64,000 nucleotides of DNA from an uncultured Eubacteriales bacterium (GCA_934503195.1 CAKSVM010000001.1:27414-91413); one strand, 5' to 3'. Numbered from the stretch's first letter, positions 19,438-30,456 are shown. Numbers and translations: made by a program. Notes: generated from the sequence alone by a model not told the origin.

Positions 19438-20835
19438 ATGTACACAAGCTATAGTAAGGATAGGCTCGAAAAGATCTTTTCGGTGCCGCGGAAGATCTAT
19501 TTCATCGGAATCGGCGGCATAAGTATGTCATCGCTGGCGCATATCGCGCACGACCGCGGGCAGATTGTCGGCGGCTACGACCGCACGCCGTCAAAGCTCA
19601 CCAAGGCTCTCGAGGACGACGGGGTGAAAATCTTCTATGAAACCGATCCCGCGCATATCAAAGACTATGACGTCATCGTCTACACCGCCGCGATAAAGCC
19701 CGATCAGCCCGAACTCGCCGCCGCGCTTGAGGCCGACCGGAAGGGTGAGAAATTCTGCGTATACCGCGCCGATTTTCTCGGCTGGCTGATGAGTCAATCG
19801 GAGAACCGGATCGGCGTCGCCGGAATGCACGGCAAAAGCTCTACGACCTCGATGATCTCGCACATCTTCCTCGCCGCCGGACGTGACCCGACAATCGTCT
19901 TGGGAGCCGAGCTTGACGAGCTTAGCGGCGCGTATCGTCTCGGCTCGAAGCGCGACTTCATAATGGAGGCCTGCGAATATCAGGATTCCTTCCTCTCGTT
20001 CACGCCGAACATCGCGGTCGTGCTCAACATCGACCTCGACCACACCGATTATTTCTCGGGGATAGATCAGATAATCGACTCGTTCAGACGCTATCTCTCG
20101 ATCGCGGAGAACGGATACGCCGTGGCGAATGTCGGCGACCCGAACGTCAGAAAGGCTCTTGAGGGCTACAAGGGAAAGCTCGTCTCGTTCGGCGAGGGCG
20201 GAAGCTTCACGGCCGCGAATGTCACCCGCGACCACGGGCGCGCCGAGTTTGACATCGAAAAGGACGGTAAATTCTTCACTCACGTAAAGCTCGGAGTCAT
20301 CGGAACGCATCACGTGATGAACTCGCTCGCGGCGGCGGCGGCCTCGGATATCTGCGGCGTCTCGCCTGAGGACATTTCAAAGGGACTCGGAAGCTACCGC
20401 GGAGCAAAAAGAAGAATGGAATACCGCGGCGACATGACGACCGACTCTGGCGACAAAATTCCGGTTTTTGACGACTACGCGCATCATCCGACCGAGATAA
20501 AGGCGACCCTCTCGGGCGCGCTCGGGATGGGCTATGAGCGGGTGTTCGTCGTCTTCCAGCCGCACACCTATTCGCGCACGGCGTCGCTCTTTGACGGCTT
20601 CGCGGCGGCTTTTGAGGGCGTACACGCGGTCTTTGCCGACATCTACGCGGCGCGCGAGGTCAACACCTTCGGCGTAAGCTCCGAAAAGCTCGCCAAGGCG
20701 GCTGGCGGAATCTATCTCCCATCGGACGAGGAGATCGCGAAGTACCTTCGCTCCGAGCTGAGATCCGGCGATATGCTGATCGTCATGGGCGCGGGCGACA
20801 TAATAAAGCTCGACGATATGATTCTTGACAGATAA
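19438..20835 (+). CDS. murC: UDP-N-acetylmuramate--L-alanine ligase
   Basis: IYFIGIGGISMSSLA Rossmann motif, GVAGMHGKSSTTSM P-loop, DDYAHHPTEI motif. Confidence 0.92.
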   Translation: MYTSYSKDRLEKIFSVPRKIYFIGIGGISMSSLAHIAHDRGQIVGGYDRTPSKLTKALEDDGVKIFYETDPAHIKDYDVIVYTAAIKPDQPELAAALEADRKGEKFCVYRADFLGWLMSQSENRIGVAGMHGKSSTTSMISHIFLAAGRDPTIVLGAELDELSGAYRLGSKRDFIMEACEYQDSFLSFTPNIAVVLNIDLDHTDYFSGIDQIIDSFRRYLSIAENGYAVANVGDPNVRKALEGYKGKLVSFGEGGSFTAANVTRDHGRAEFDIEKDGKFFTHVKLGVIGTHHVMNSLAAAAASDICGVSPEDISKGLGSYRGAKRRMEYRGDMTTDSGDKIPVFDDYAHHPTEIKATLSGALGMGYERVFVVFQPHTYSRTASLFDGFAAAFEGVHAVFADIYAAREVNTFGVSSEKLAKAAGGIYLPSDEEIAKYLRSELRSGDMLIVMGAGDIIKLDDMILDR

Positions 20836-20889
20836 TCGGATTTTTTTCCGGATTCACCCAATGAGACGCGGATTTTCGTCACTTTACAG

Positions 20890-22437
20890 GTGAAAGGACG
20901 TGAAAATGTGGACGCTTGCAGATTAGAGAAATACGTCGACCGGATCTACGGCTGGGCGGTCAGACACACCTTCACATATGACGAGGCTGACGAGCTTTCG
21001 CAGGAGATATTCTTGGCTGCTCTGAAAAGTCTTCCAAGGCTTCGCGACGAGAGTCGCTTTGAGCCTTGGCTCTGGGGAATCGCGAAGAATACCGGCAGAG
21101 TTTTCGCCAGACGCGCGGCCGGAAATCACATAGTCTCGATCGACACCCTGCCCGATCTCCCAGAACCCGAACCGGACAATATCGAGGAGGAAGCGGCAAG
21201 GCTGAGACTTATGATCTCGCGGCTCTCGTCGATCTGGCGCGACATTGTCGTACTCCACTATTTTGACGACCTTTCGACAAAAGAAATCTCGCGAAAGCTC
21301 GGAATCCCCGAGGGGACGGTCACATGGCGGCTGTCCGAGGCGAGAAAAAAGCTTCAGAAGGAGTATGAAAAAATGGAAGAATCCGCGCTTCACCCGGTAA
21401 AACTCAGGCTCGACATCTACGGTGGCGGCAACTACGGCGCGAACGTCCCGTTCCCGGACGAGTACATCTCCGACGCGCTGAGTCAGAACATCCTCTGGCA
21501 CTCATACGAGACGCCGCGAACCGTCGAGTCGCTCTCAAAGCTCTGCGGAGTCCCCGCGTATTATATCGAGGACTCGCTGAGAAATCTCATAAGGCGCGAG
21601 GCCGTGACCGAGGTCTCAAAGGGAAAATATCAGACCGATTTTCCGATAACGACAAACCGTCAGAGCGACTGGCTTTACGAAAACACGTCAAAACTTATCT
21701 CGGGCTTCGCCGACCCGATGTATGACGCGCTGACAAAGCTCTCTGACGAAATGAAGTCGGTCAGTCACTACCGCGCCGGATATAACGACGAAAAGCTGAA
21801 ATATCTCTACGGCGTCAAGGCCTTCTATGACCTGAGCGCGGATCACTGCAAGCTTCCCTACCCAGAGATCCCGGCGGCGTATGACGGCTTCAGGTGGCGT
21901 TATATCGGCCATGCCGAGAATTCCGACCGCCCGGTCTACCGCGTCGGACACCAGTCAAACTCAAATCTCGGAAGCCGCGGACACTATTCGGCCGAGCAGT
22001 TCAACTTCGCCGGATTCGTCTGGAAGCCGCTCCTCTTCGACTACGAGATAAATATCTGCGAGGATCTGATGACGACCGGGACGACTTCTGACACCGAACA
22101 TCTCCCATCCTGCGTCGAAAGCGGTATCGTCGGAAGGCGCGGCGGAAAGCTCGTGTCGGAAATCCCGGCGATGACGGCCGGCGAGTACAGACGCTTTTCG
22201 GAGCTTCGCGAAAAAATCTTCCTCACGCTCGTCCCCGGCTGGAACAGAGCCGCCGAAAGGCTCTGCGCGGGATATGAAAGCCTCTTTCCAAGGCACCTTT
22301 CGAACGACGCGAAACGCCTCAGCCGCTATCTCTGGTTCTCGGCCTCCGGAGAGCTTTTCCGGATCTGGCAGGAGGACGGGAGGCTGAAGTGCCCCGAAAA
22401 CGGAAGCTTCATCTCGCTTATGACAGAAAAGGATTAA
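20890..22437 (+). CDS. ECF-type sigma-70 family sigma factor fused to a ~340-aa C-terminal extension
   Basis: Region 2 (DEADELSQEIFLAALKSL) and region 4 (LSTKEISRKLGIPEGTVTWRLSEARKKL) lie in the first ~170 aa. GTG start at 20890; in-frame GTG at 20908 is an alternative. Confidence 0.7.
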   Translation: MKGRENVDACRLEKYVDRIYGWAVRHTFTYDEADELSQEIFLAALKSLPRLRDESRFEPWLWGIAKNTGRVFARRAAGNHIVSIDTLPDLPEPEPDNIEEEAARLRLMISRLSSIWRDIVVLHYFDDLSTKEISRKLGIPEGTVTWRLSEARKKLQKEYEKMEESALHPVKLRLDIYGGGNYGANVPFPDEYISDALSQNILWHSYETPRTVESLSKLCGVPAYYIEDSLRNLIRREAVTEVSKGKYQTDFPITTNRQSDWLYENTSKLISGFADPMYDALTKLSDEMKSVSHYRAGYNDEKLKYLYGVKAFYDLSADHCKLPYPEIPAAYDGFRWRYIGHAENSDRPVYRVGHQSNSNLGSRGHYSAEQFNFAGFVWKPLLFDYEINICEDLMTTGTTSDTEHLPSCVESGIVGRRGGKLVSEIPAMTAGEYRRFSELREKIFLTLVPGWNRAAERLCAGYESLFPRHLSNDAKRLSRYLWFSASGELFRIWQEDGRLKCPENGSFISLMTEKD

Positions 22438-22496
22438 AACCCGATCCGCGCCGGGTCAAAAGATCATCGTCTGACTATGATTTGCAGGAAAGAATC

Positions 22497-22525
22497 TTGA
22501 AAAATTCACAAATATGTGCTATCAT
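22497..22525 (+). promoter_or_regulatory. sigma-A promoter (TTGAAA -17- TGcTATCAT)
   Basis: Hexamers at 22497-22502 and 22520-22525. Confidence 0.55.
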
Positions 22526-22570
22526 ATTATTGTACGAAAAAAAGCAACCACATGTCGGAGGAATAAATAT

Positions 22571-24829
22571 ATGGTCGAAATAATCAGAAACGGCGCGTAT
22601 CTCGCGTTCGGAAGCACGGTGATCGAGGACGACGGCTCGGCAAAGCTCCAGCTCGCCGCGCTCGGAAAGGAAAACGTCTCACGTGAGGAGGCAAGAAAGA
22701 ATACCATCGCGTATTCGATCCTCTCCGCGCACAACAAGGGCGACGAAAATGAGCTTAAAATCAAGTTCGACGCGCTCGCCTCGCATGACATAACCTATGT
22801 CGGCATAATCCAGACCGCCAGAGCCAGCGGACTTTCTGAGTTTCCGATCCCCTACGTCCTCACGAACTGCCACAACTCGCTCTGCGCGGTCGGCGGAACG
22901 ATCAATGAGGACGACCATGTCTTCGGTCTCTCAGCCGCGAAGAAGTACGGCGGAATCTTCGTCCCGCCGCACATCGCCGTCATCCACTCATATATGCGCG
23001 AGATGATGTCGGGCTGCGGAAAGATGATCCTCGGCTCTGACAGCCACACCCGCTACGGCGCGCTCGGAACGATGGCGATCGGCGAGGGCGGACCCGAGCT
23101 TGTCAAGCAGCTCCTCTCGCGCACCTATGATATCAGACGTCCCGAGGTTGTCGCGGTCGTTCTGACCGGATCGCCGAAGGCCGGAGTCGGCCCGCAGGAC
23201 GTCGCACTCGAACTGATCGGCGCGGTCTTCAAGGACGGATTCGTCAAGAACAAGGTGCTTGAGTTCGTCGGCGACGGCGTTTCGAATCTCCCGATCGAGT
23301 TCCGCAACGGAATCGACGTCATGACGACCGAAACGACCTGCCTCTCGTCGATCTGGATCACCGACAGCGAGACCCAGCGTTACTATTCGCTCCACGGCCG
23401 CTCCTCCGACTACAGAAAGCTCACTCCAGGCGCGGTCGCTTATTACGACGGCGTGATCAAGATCGACCTCTCGCGCGTCGAGCCGATGATCGCGCTTCCC
23501 TTCCACCCGAGCAATGTCTACAAAATAAAGGATCTCTGCGAGAATCCCGGCGACATTCTCCGCTCGGTCGAGGAATCCGCGAAGGAGCAGTTCGGCGGCA
23601 AGGTGAAACTCCCGCTCACCGACAAGATCACCGACAGGGGAATCAGGGTCGATCAGGGAGTCATCGCGGGCTGCGCGGGCGGAACCTTTGACAATCTCAT
23701 GGCGGCGGCCGATATTCTCTCCGGAAAATCGACCGGAAACGGCGAGTTCGCGCTCTCGGCGTACCCGGCAAGCCAGCCGACCTATATCGAGCTCGTCAGA
23801 AACGGCGCGGCGGCAAAGCTGATGGAAGCCGGAGTAACGCTGAAAACCGCGTTCTGCGGTCCCTGCTTCGGCGCGGGCGACGTCCCGGCGAACGGCGGAC
23901 TCAGCATCCGCCACTCGACGAGAAACTTCCCGAACCGCGAGGGTTCGAAGCCGGGCAACGGTCAGCTCTCAGCGGTCGCTCTTATGGACGCGCGCAGCAT
24001 CGCGGCTACGGCTGCGAACGGCGGAATCCTCACCCCCGCGACCGAGCTTGAGGTCGAGTACACGACTCCCGATTATCATTTCGACGGCAGCATTTACGCT
24101 CACCGCGTCTACAACGGCTACGGCAAGGCCGAAAGGGACGCGAAGCTCATCATCGGCCCCGGCATCGCCGACTGGAACAAGATGCCTGAGCTTCCCGAGA
24201 ATCTTCTACTGAAGGTCGTATCGGTGATCACCGACCCGGTCACTACAACCGACGAGCTTATCCCGTCTGGCGAGACCTCGTCCTATCGTTCGAATCCAGA
24301 AAAGCTGTCCGAATTCGCGCTTTCGAGAAAGGATCCGGAATACGTCGGTCGCGCGAAGGAAGTCCGCGCGCTCGAAAAGAGCCGTGAGACCGGCGAGTCG
24401 ATCCTCCCCGAAATCCTCGCGAGAATTTCGCCCTGCACGTGGGAGAACACCGGTTTCGGAAGCGTTGTCTGCGCCGTGAAGCCGGGTGACGGATCTGCGA
24501 GAGAACAGGCGGCGTCATGTCAGAGAGTCCTCGGCGGCTCGGCGAACATCGCGGTCGAATACGCCACGAAGCGTTACAGAAGCAACCTCATCAACTGGGG
24601 AATGCTCCCGCTTCTCTCCGATTCCTTCGGAGAATTCGGGCTCGGGGATTACGTTCTCATAAAGGGCGTGAAGGACGCGATCGCGTCCGGCGCGGAAAAG
24701 CTCAACGCCGTGATCCTGAAGCCCGACGGCGAAAAGGAAACCTCCTTTTCGCTCGGAAAGCTCACCGACGATGAGCGAGACATCCTCCTGCGCGGCTGCC
24801 TTATAAACTACTACAAGGCGCAGATGTGA
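22571..24829 (+). CDS. aconitase-family hydratase (aconitate hydratase-like, ~750 aa)
   Basis: ILGSDSHT and CGPCFG Fe-S cluster ligand motifs; start moved to ATG 22571, preceded by GGAGG. Confidence 0.8.
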   Translation: MVEIIRNGAYLAFGSTVIEDDGSAKLQLAALGKENVSREEARKNTIAYSILSAHNKGDENELKIKFDALASHDITYVGIIQTARASGLSEFPIPYVLTNCHNSLCAVGGTINEDDHVFGLSAAKKYGGIFVPPHIAVIHSYMREMMSGCGKMILGSDSHTRYGALGTMAIGEGGPELVKQLLSRTYDIRRPEVVAVVLTGSPKAGVGPQDVALELIGAVFKDGFVKNKVLEFVGDGVSNLPIEFRNGIDVMTTETTCLSSIWITDSETQRYYSLHGRSSDYRKLTPGAVAYYDGVIKIDLSRVEPMIALPFHPSNVYKIKDLCENPGDILRSVEESAKEQFGGKVKLPLTDKITDRGIRVDQGVIAGCAGGTFDNLMAAADILSGKSTGNGEFALSAYPASQPTYIELVRNGAAAKLMEAGVTLKTAFCGPCFGAGDVPANGGLSIRHSTRNFPNREGSKPGNGQLSAVALMDARSIAATAANGGILTPATELEVEYTTPDYHFDGSIYAHRVYNGYGKAERDAKLIIGPGIADWNKMPELPENLLLKVVSVITDPVTTTDELIPSGETSSYRSNPEKLSEFALSRKDPEYVGRAKEVRALEKSRETGESILPEILARISPCTWENTGFGSVVCAVKPGDGSAREQAASCQRVLGGSANIAVEYATKRYRSNLINWGMLPLLSDSFGEFGLGDYVLIKGVKDAIASGAEKLNAVILKPDGEKETSFSLGKLTDDERDILLRGCLINYYKAQM

Positions 24830-24854
24830 GCCGTTAAATTAAAATTAAAGAGAA

Positions 24855-24889
24855 GTCCCGGGTCGGATCCGACCCGGGACAGACTTTTT
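24855..24889 (+). terminator. intrinsic terminator
   Basis: Perfect 26-nt palindrome GTCCCGGGTCGGA/TCCGACCCGGGAC followed by TTTTT. Confidence 0.75.
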
Positions 24890-24946
24890 GTCCTTCAGGC
24901 AAACCAAAAAGTCCTCCCGTCCGGGAAGGCTTTTTTACTGTTCGGT

Positions 24947-25948
24947 TTACTTCTTCGCCAGATATCTCGCCATAGCCTGACGCATTTCCTCGGCCTTTTC
25001 CTCGGGAGCGGTCGGGTTGCAGTGCGCCCAGACGCCGGTTTCGCTCGACGCCATGAACTGCTGCTTGTTTGCCGCGCGGAGCACGGGGTAAAGCTCGATG
25101 TGGAAATGATAGATATCGTCAAGTCCCTCGATATCGCAGTTGACCGGAGCGTTGTGCATACACATCATATACGGGAAGACCGGACGCTCTTCGAAAATGT
25201 TGTCGTACATTCCCGAAATGTCGCGGATGATCTTGCCGAGATTGTCCTTCTCGCGGTCATTGAAATCAGCGATCGTCGGCTTGTGCGACTTCGCGACGAT
25301 ATAAATTCCGTAGGTGTAGTCGGCGAAGAAGGGGATATACGCGACGAAATCCTCGTTCTCGTGGACGATTCTGAGCTTGGCGTCAGTCTCTTCCTTGTTC
25401 ATACGGCAGAAGATGCACTCGTGATGCTCGTCGAAATGCTCCTTCGCGGCGTCGAGTTCAAGCTCGATCTTCTTCGGGATCATCGGATAGCCGTAGATCT
25501 GACCGTGCGGGTGCGGCATAGTGACGCCGACCTCGTTTCCGCGGTTTTCAAAGATGAAGACGTACTTTATCTCGGGATCCGACTTCATGACCTCGAAACG
25601 CTCGACCCAGAGGTCGACAAGCTTGCGGAGATGCTCATCCGAAAGCTCCTTGAGGGTTCCGGTGTGATCCGGGGAGTAAAGAACGACCTCGCACTTGCCG
25701 TGCGACTTTCTCACCTTGTAAAAGTCGGTCGCGACGTCGTCGGGTTCGGGCGGATTCTGAGAGAGCGCGGGGAAGTCGTTGTCGTATTCAAGCACCTCGT
25801 AGGTGTCCGGAACCTTCTTGTTCGGGTTGTGATCGTTCGGATCGGGACAGAAGGGACACCAGTCCTTGGGCATCTGCGGACGGTTCTGGCGGTTGGAGGC
25901 CACCATGACCCAGTCCTTTATCATCGGATTCCATCTGAGTTCAGCCAT
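24947..25948 (-). CDS. galT: galactose-1-phosphate uridylyltransferase (HIT superfamily)
   Basis: CPFCP zinc motif near the N-terminus and catalytic HPHGQI motif; 333 aa. Confidence 0.88.
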   Translation of the reverse strand: MAELRWNPMIKDWVMVASNRQNRPQMPKDWCPFCPDPNDHNPNKKVPDTYEVLEYDNDFPALSQNPPEPDDVATDFYKVRKSHGKCEVVLYSPDHTGTLKELSDEHLRKLVDLWVERFEVMKSDPEIKYVFIFENRGNEVGVTMPHPHGQIYGYPMIPKKIELELDAAKEHFDEHHECIFCRMNKEETDAKLRIVHENEDFVAYIPFFADYTYGIYIVAKSHKPTIADFNDREKDNLGKIIRDISGMYDNIFEERPVFPYMMCMHNAPVNCDIEGLDDIYHFHIELYPVLRAANKQQFMASSETGVWAHCNPTAPEEKAEEMRQAMARYLAKK

Positions 25949-26076
25949 TTTATTTTATCCTCCGTAAAGTGTTATAAATAGAGCTTCTTTACATTATTAT
26001 ACCACAATCCGCGCTGACTTACAAGAGGGAGACGAAAAAAAATCTTCCGCAAAATGCACAAATTTCGAAAAACCGC

Positions 26077-26105
26077 TTGACAAATTCTGAATCATGGGTT
26101 ATAAT
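26077..26105 (+). promoter_or_regulatory. sigma-A promoter (TTGACA -17- TATAAT)
   Basis: Consensus hexamers; leader of about 110 nt with hairpins before the 26220 start. Confidence 0.65.
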
Positions 26106-26219
26106 ATATACAGTTACGCGTCACGCGCGTAACCTTTTTATCTGAAATCACACCAAGCGGAATGCCCGCAAAAACGGGCGGAAAGGACGCCCCGGCTTCA
26201 TAAGGCCAGGAATCTTATA

Positions 26220-27629
26220 ATGATGAGGAAAAAAGCAAATCTGACACTCCGGATACTCGATATCCTTCTTCCCTGCCTTATGGCGGCCGTCGCGGTCTTC
26301 CATATCGCGAATATACTTTCGTATGATATCGTCATCGAGGCACGCGTTGACGGCGAGAACGTGGGATATGTCTCGTCATATAACGAGATGACCGACGCGA
26401 AGCGCGCACTCGAGTCCGAGATCTCGGCCGACATCGGAGAATATACAAAGCTCTCGAACAAAATTGATTATAAGATCGCCTACGCGAAGAATCCCGAGTT
26501 TCTGACCTATGACGACTGCCTCGCTATCCTCGAAAACGCCGCCTCGGACGAATATTCGGTCGGCGGTATGCTCTGGGTCGACGGCGTAATGACCGCGGCC
26601 ACCGAGGACACCGAGAGTCTCCGCGCACTCATTTCGGATATCTCAGATGAGCTTCTCGAAAACGCCGACGGATACGACCGGATCGAGTTTGACAGCGAGA
26701 TCTCGATTGAGGAGCAGTACTGCCCGAACGAGTATTTCTATCCGATCGACGAGATAAACGACATGATAAATCCGCTCGCCGCGAATGAGAGCGTCAGAGT
26801 CAGCGCGTTCGCGTCGCTCGCCCCGTCTGACGAGGCGGTCGACCCCGACGTCGATTTCGGACTCACCCGCGCCGCGGTGAATGCGCAGAATGTCGACAAA
26901 ACCCTCGGCTACAGCCTTATCTCGACCGAGACGGTCGACGAGGTCGTGCCTTTTGAGACGGTGTACATTGACGATCCCGATTCGTTTGTCGGGAAGGACG
27001 TACTTCTTCAGGAGGGCGCGGACGGCTTTCGCACAGTTACATACGAGATAACTCACGACGAATCGGGAACCGAGACATCGAGAAAAGAACTCTCCGAGAC
27101 AATCCACGAAGCGTCGGTCGACGAGGTCATACAGCGCGGCACAAAGCCGATTCCCGACGCCGTTCCGACCGGAACCTTCATCGCGCCCTGCGTCGCCGTC
27201 AAGGGAATTTCCTCTGGCTACGGAAGCCGCGATCTCTATGGCTCCTATGACTTCCACCTCGGAATCGATATGCCCGGAACCAAGGGCGACCCGATCTACG
27301 CCTCAGACGGCGGAGAGGTCATTTGGGCGGGCTACACACCGTCCTACGGCAAATCGGTGCGGATAAAGCACAACGACGGTCTTGAGACGCTCTACGCGCA
27401 TATGAGCAAGCTCCTTGTTGAGGTCGGCGACAATGTATATCAGGGTCAGCAGATCGGCGAGATGGGACAGACCGGAGCCGCGTACGGAGTTCATCTGCAC
27501 TTTGAGATCAGAATCGACTCGAAGACGGTCAATCCGTTAAAGTACGTGACGATCCCCGAGGTCACCGAGGAAGAGATAAAGACTCTTGAAGCCGGACAGG
27601 CTTGGGAAGCGAGAATTTACAACAAGTGA
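26220..27629 (+). CDS. M23 family metallopeptidase with N-terminal TM anchor and a G5-like domain
   Basis: HLGIDM...YAHMS...GVHLHFEI (HxxxD / HxH M23 motifs); G5-like LLQEGADGFRTVTYEI. Confidence 0.85.
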   Translation: MMRKKANLTLRILDILLPCLMAAVAVFHIANILSYDIVIEARVDGENVGYVSSYNEMTDAKRALESEISADIGEYTKLSNKIDYKIAYAKNPEFLTYDDCLAILENAASDEYSVGGMLWVDGVMTAATEDTESLRALISDISDELLENADGYDRIEFDSEISIEEQYCPNEYFYPIDEINDMINPLAANESVRVSAFASLAPSDEAVDPDVDFGLTRAAVNAQNVDKTLGYSLISTETVDEVVPFETVYIDDPDSFVGKDVLLQEGADGFRTVTYEITHDESGTETSRKELSETIHEASVDEVIQRGTKPIPDAVPTGTFIAPCVAVKGISSGYGSRDLYGSYDFHLGIDMPGTKGDPIYASDGGEVIWAGYTPSYGKSVRIKHNDGLETLYAHMSKLLVEVGDNVYQGQQIGEMGQTGAAYGVHLHFEIRIDSKTVNPLKYVTIPEVTEEEIKTLEAGQAWEARIYNK

Positions 27630-27638
27630 TTTATCATA

Positions 27639-27678
27639 CGTAACGCCGCGCCTTTCGGTGCGGCGTTACGGCTTTTTT
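27639..27678 (+). terminator. intrinsic terminator
   Basis: 11-bp stem CGTAACGCCGC/GCGGCGTTACG followed by TTTTTT. Confidence 0.8.
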
Positions 27679-27720
27679 GTACAAAAAAGCCCCGGACGGC
27701 AAAAACTTCCGGATTTTCTA

Positions 27721-27749
27721 TTGACAATTTATTGGCAGTGTGTTATAAT
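27721..27749 (+). promoter_or_regulatory. sigma-A promoter (TTGACA -17- TGtTATAAT)
   Basis: Consensus hexamers 30 nt upstream of the GH43 start. Confidence 0.7.
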
Positions 27750-27778
27750 TAAAGTAAATTCAGAATGCGGGGAAAATT

Positions 27779-28675
27779 ATGCTCGGAAAACGGCTTTTTG
27801 ATGGCGGAGATCCTTTTCTCTTTCATCATGACGGAAAATATTACATTTACTGCACCAAGGAAAACAGTATGCCGACTTTCACGCCGGAGTATCCCTTCTA
27901 CGAAACCTGCGAAAACGGGATGGACGGCATAGAGGTTCATGTTTCGGACGACCTCATTCATTGGAAAAACGCGGGCTACTGCCTGAAAAAAGGCGATGTT
28001 GTCGGCACGCGCGGCTTCTGGGCACCCGAGGTCTCGTTCCGGAACGGGAAATTCTACATGGCCTATTCGGCGGACGAACACTCTGCAATAGCCGTCGCTG
28101 ACAGCCCGCTCGGCCCTTTCAAGACGCACGGCAAAGGCTGGCTCCGTGAAAAGCCCTCGATCGACGGACACATTCTTTTCGACAACTCGGGCGTGTATTT
28201 CTATTTCGTGGATTTTGACAACTGCAACCGGATCCGCGTGGCAAAGATGTCAGACGATCTCACAAGGCTTGAACACGAATATGAGGATGTGCTGATATCG
28301 GTTTCGGATCCGTGGGAACTTGTCGACTGCCGCGTCGCCGAGGGACCCTTCGTGATAAAGCACGACGGAAAGTATTATCTCACGTATTCGGCCAACCACA
28401 CGCGGAACGCCGCGTACGCGGTCGGATACGCCGTGTCGGACTCCCCAATCGGCCCATTCGTCAAGTATCCCGGGAACCCGATCGTACACTCTGTCGGAAA
28501 CGACGTTCAGGGAACCGGGCACGCCAGCTTCATGAAGCTTCCGGATTGTGAGCGGTATATCTGCGCGTTCCACTGCCACAACTCAAAGGAAAGCTTCAAG
28601 CCGCGAAAGGTCTGCCTTGCCGAGGCGTGGTTCGAAAAATCAGAACCTCACGACATTCTGACCGTCGGTCTGTGA
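27779..28675 (+). CDS. glycoside hydrolase family 43 (arabinofuranosidase/xylosidase-like), cytoplasmic
   Basis: GGDPFLFHHDGKYYIY, FWAPEV, IDGHILFD and AEGPFVIKHDGKYYLTYS, characteristic GH43 five-bladed propeller repeats. Confidence 0.85.
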   Translation: MLGKRLFDGGDPFLFHHDGKYYIYCTKENSMPTFTPEYPFYETCENGMDGIEVHVSDDLIHWKNAGYCLKKGDVVGTRGFWAPEVSFRNGKFYMAYSADEHSAIAVADSPLGPFKTHGKGWLREKPSIDGHILFDNSGVYFYFVDFDNCNRIRVAKMSDDLTRLEHEYEDVLISVSDPWELVDCRVAEGPFVIKHDGKYYLTYSANHTRNAAYAVGYAVSDSPIGPFVKYPGNPIVHSVGNDVQGTGHASFMKLPDCERYICAFHCHNSKESFKPRKVCLAEAWFEKSEPHDILTVGL

Positions 28676-28716
28676 CCGCCCCCAAAAACGAATTTTATAT
28701 GTAAGGAGATATTAAC

Positions 28717-30186
28717 ATGAAACGAATATTATCATCGGTTCTCGCGCTTTCACTCATCGCGGGAATCACCGCCTGCGGCTCAGAGCCCGCCCCGACCGGA
28801 GGAGACGAAACGACCGCCGAAAACTCCGGCGAAACCACCGCCGCCGTCACCGGACGCGACGCCGTTTCGGATGGCCTCCCCGACAAGAAGTACAACAAGA
28901 CCTTCACGATAATGGACCGCACCGCCTATAAGTATGAGTTCGAAATCCCCGAGGAGACCGGAGATCTCGTCGACGACGCCGTATACAAGCGCAACACGAC
29001 GGTTGAGGATCGATTCGGAATCGAACTCGCCTACTACACCCTAGACGCGGCGTGGGGCGATCAGGCGACCAACTTCAACAACACTCTCCGTGCCTCGGTA
29101 ATGTCGGGCGACGGCGCGTTCGATCTCGTCGCCGGATACGCCGCGACAATCCCCGGAGTCGTCTCGGACGGAATTTTCTTAAACTGGAACGACTTTCAAT
29201 ACAACGATTTCACTAAGCCGTGGTGGTCAGAGGAGGTCGCGAACGAGCTTACAATCAACGGCAAGGCCTACATGGTCACCGGAGATATCTCGCTCGCGCT
29301 CTGGAAGGGCATGACCTGCTTCTTCTTCAACAAAAAGCTCGCCGAGGATTATAAGCTCCCCGATATCTACCAGACCGTCAAGGACGGAAACTGGACATTC
29401 GACAAGCTCGTCGAGTACACGAAGGACGTCTACAACGACGTTGACGGCGACGGAAAGCCTTCCGAGGGCGATATGTACGGTCTTCTCTGCATGAGAGACA
29501 CCGAGGTCGACAACATGAAGGAGGCCTTTGAGATCAAGGTCACCGAAAAGGGTGCCGACGGGTTCCCGAAGCTCGTATTCAACAGTGAGCGTACAATAGA
29601 GGCTGTGACCAAGCTCAACGCCTACATACACGAGAGCGGAAGCGTTCTCTTCCCCGCCTCCGGAGGAAACGAAGGCAGACAGCAGCTCGCCACCGCGTTC
29701 TCCGAGGACAGAGGAATCTTCTTCACGTCGACGCTCGGCGTTTCCGAGACGCTCAGATCGATGAACAGCGACTTCGGAATCATTCCGTATCCCAAGTATG
29801 ACGAGAATCAGAAGAACTACCACTCAAGCTCGCTTGACGAGTTCTCGCTCTTCCTTGTCCCGGCCGACGTAAAGGATCCCGAGATGAGCTCGATAATCAC
29901 CGAGGCTCTCTGCGCGGAGAGCTACAAGCTTGTCGTACCGAAGTTCTACGACGTCGCGCTCAAGACGCGCAACGCCCGCGACGACAACTCCGCGGCGATG
30001 ATCGACTTCATCCGCGACGGACTGACCTTCGACTTCGGATATCTCCATTCGAGCGCACTCGGCGGAGTCGGACACCTCTTCGTCAACCTCATCAGAAACA
30101 ACGACAACAACGTCGCCTCGTCCTACGCGGCAAATTCCGCGAAATACGAGGAAAATCTCGAGAAAGTCATCGAAATTTACAGATAA
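28717..30186 (+). CDS. extracellular solute-binding lipoprotein (ABC-type sugar SBP, LipO-like)
   Basis: Lipoprotein signal with Cys (LIAGITAC); about 490 aa; paralogous to the four other SBPs in the window. Confidence 0.8.
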   Translation: MKRILSSVLALSLIAGITACGSEPAPTGGDETTAENSGETTAAVTGRDAVSDGLPDKKYNKTFTIMDRTAYKYEFEIPEETGDLVDDAVYKRNTTVEDRFGIELAYYTLDAAWGDQATNFNNTLRASVMSGDGAFDLVAGYAATIPGVVSDGIFLNWNDFQYNDFTKPWWSEEVANELTINGKAYMVTGDISLALWKGMTCFFFNKKLAEDYKLPDIYQTVKDGNWTFDKLVEYTKDVYNDVDGDGKPSEGDMYGLLCMRDTEVDNMKEAFEIKVTEKGADGFPKLVFNSERTIEAVTKLNAYIHESGSVLFPASGGNEGRQQLATAFSEDRGIFFTSTLGVSETLRSMNSDFGIIPYPKYDENQKNYHSSSLDEFSLFLVPADVKDPEMSSIITEALCAESYKLVVPKFYDVALKTRNARDDNSAAMIDFIRDGLTFDFGYLHSSALGGVGHLFVNLIRNNDNNVASSYAANSAKYEENLEKVIEIYR

Positions 30187-30206
30187 GGCAGTAAAAAAGC
30201 CGATAA

Positions 30207-30239
30207 AGTCCCGCTATTTCGCATGGCGGGACTTTTTTT
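30207..30239 (+). terminator. intrinsic terminator
   Basis: Stem AGTCCCGC/GCGGGACT followed by TTTTTT. Confidence 0.75.
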
Positions 30240-30271
30240 CAAAAAAATCTGATTTTTTTTGAAAAACCCCT

Positions 30272-30300
30272 TGACAAACGCTTTGAAATGTGGTATAATA
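30272..30300 (+). promoter_or_regulatory. tRNA promoter (TTGACA -17- TGgTATAAT) with A/T-rich UP-like region
   Basis: Consensus hexamers; about 85% identical over ~65 nt to the promoter at 40018-40081. Confidence 0.75.
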
Positions 30301-30319
30301 TATTCGTTCCAGTGAGAAC

Positions 30320-30394
30320 GGCCTGTTGGTCAAGCGGCTAAGACGTCGCCCTCTCAAGGCGAAAACATGGGTTCGATTCCCGTACGGGTCACCA
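30320..30394 (+). tRNA. tRNA-Glu (anticodon CUC)
   Basis: Cloverleaf folds by hand: acceptor GGCCTGT/ACGGGTC, anticodon loop CTCTCAA, T-loop GGTTCGATTCC, encoded CCA. Confidence 0.9.
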
Positions 30395-30456
30395 CTACCA
30401 GTAGCATCCGAACACTAACGATCCTCACCGATCGCCTGTTCCTGCTCAAAGTCAAA

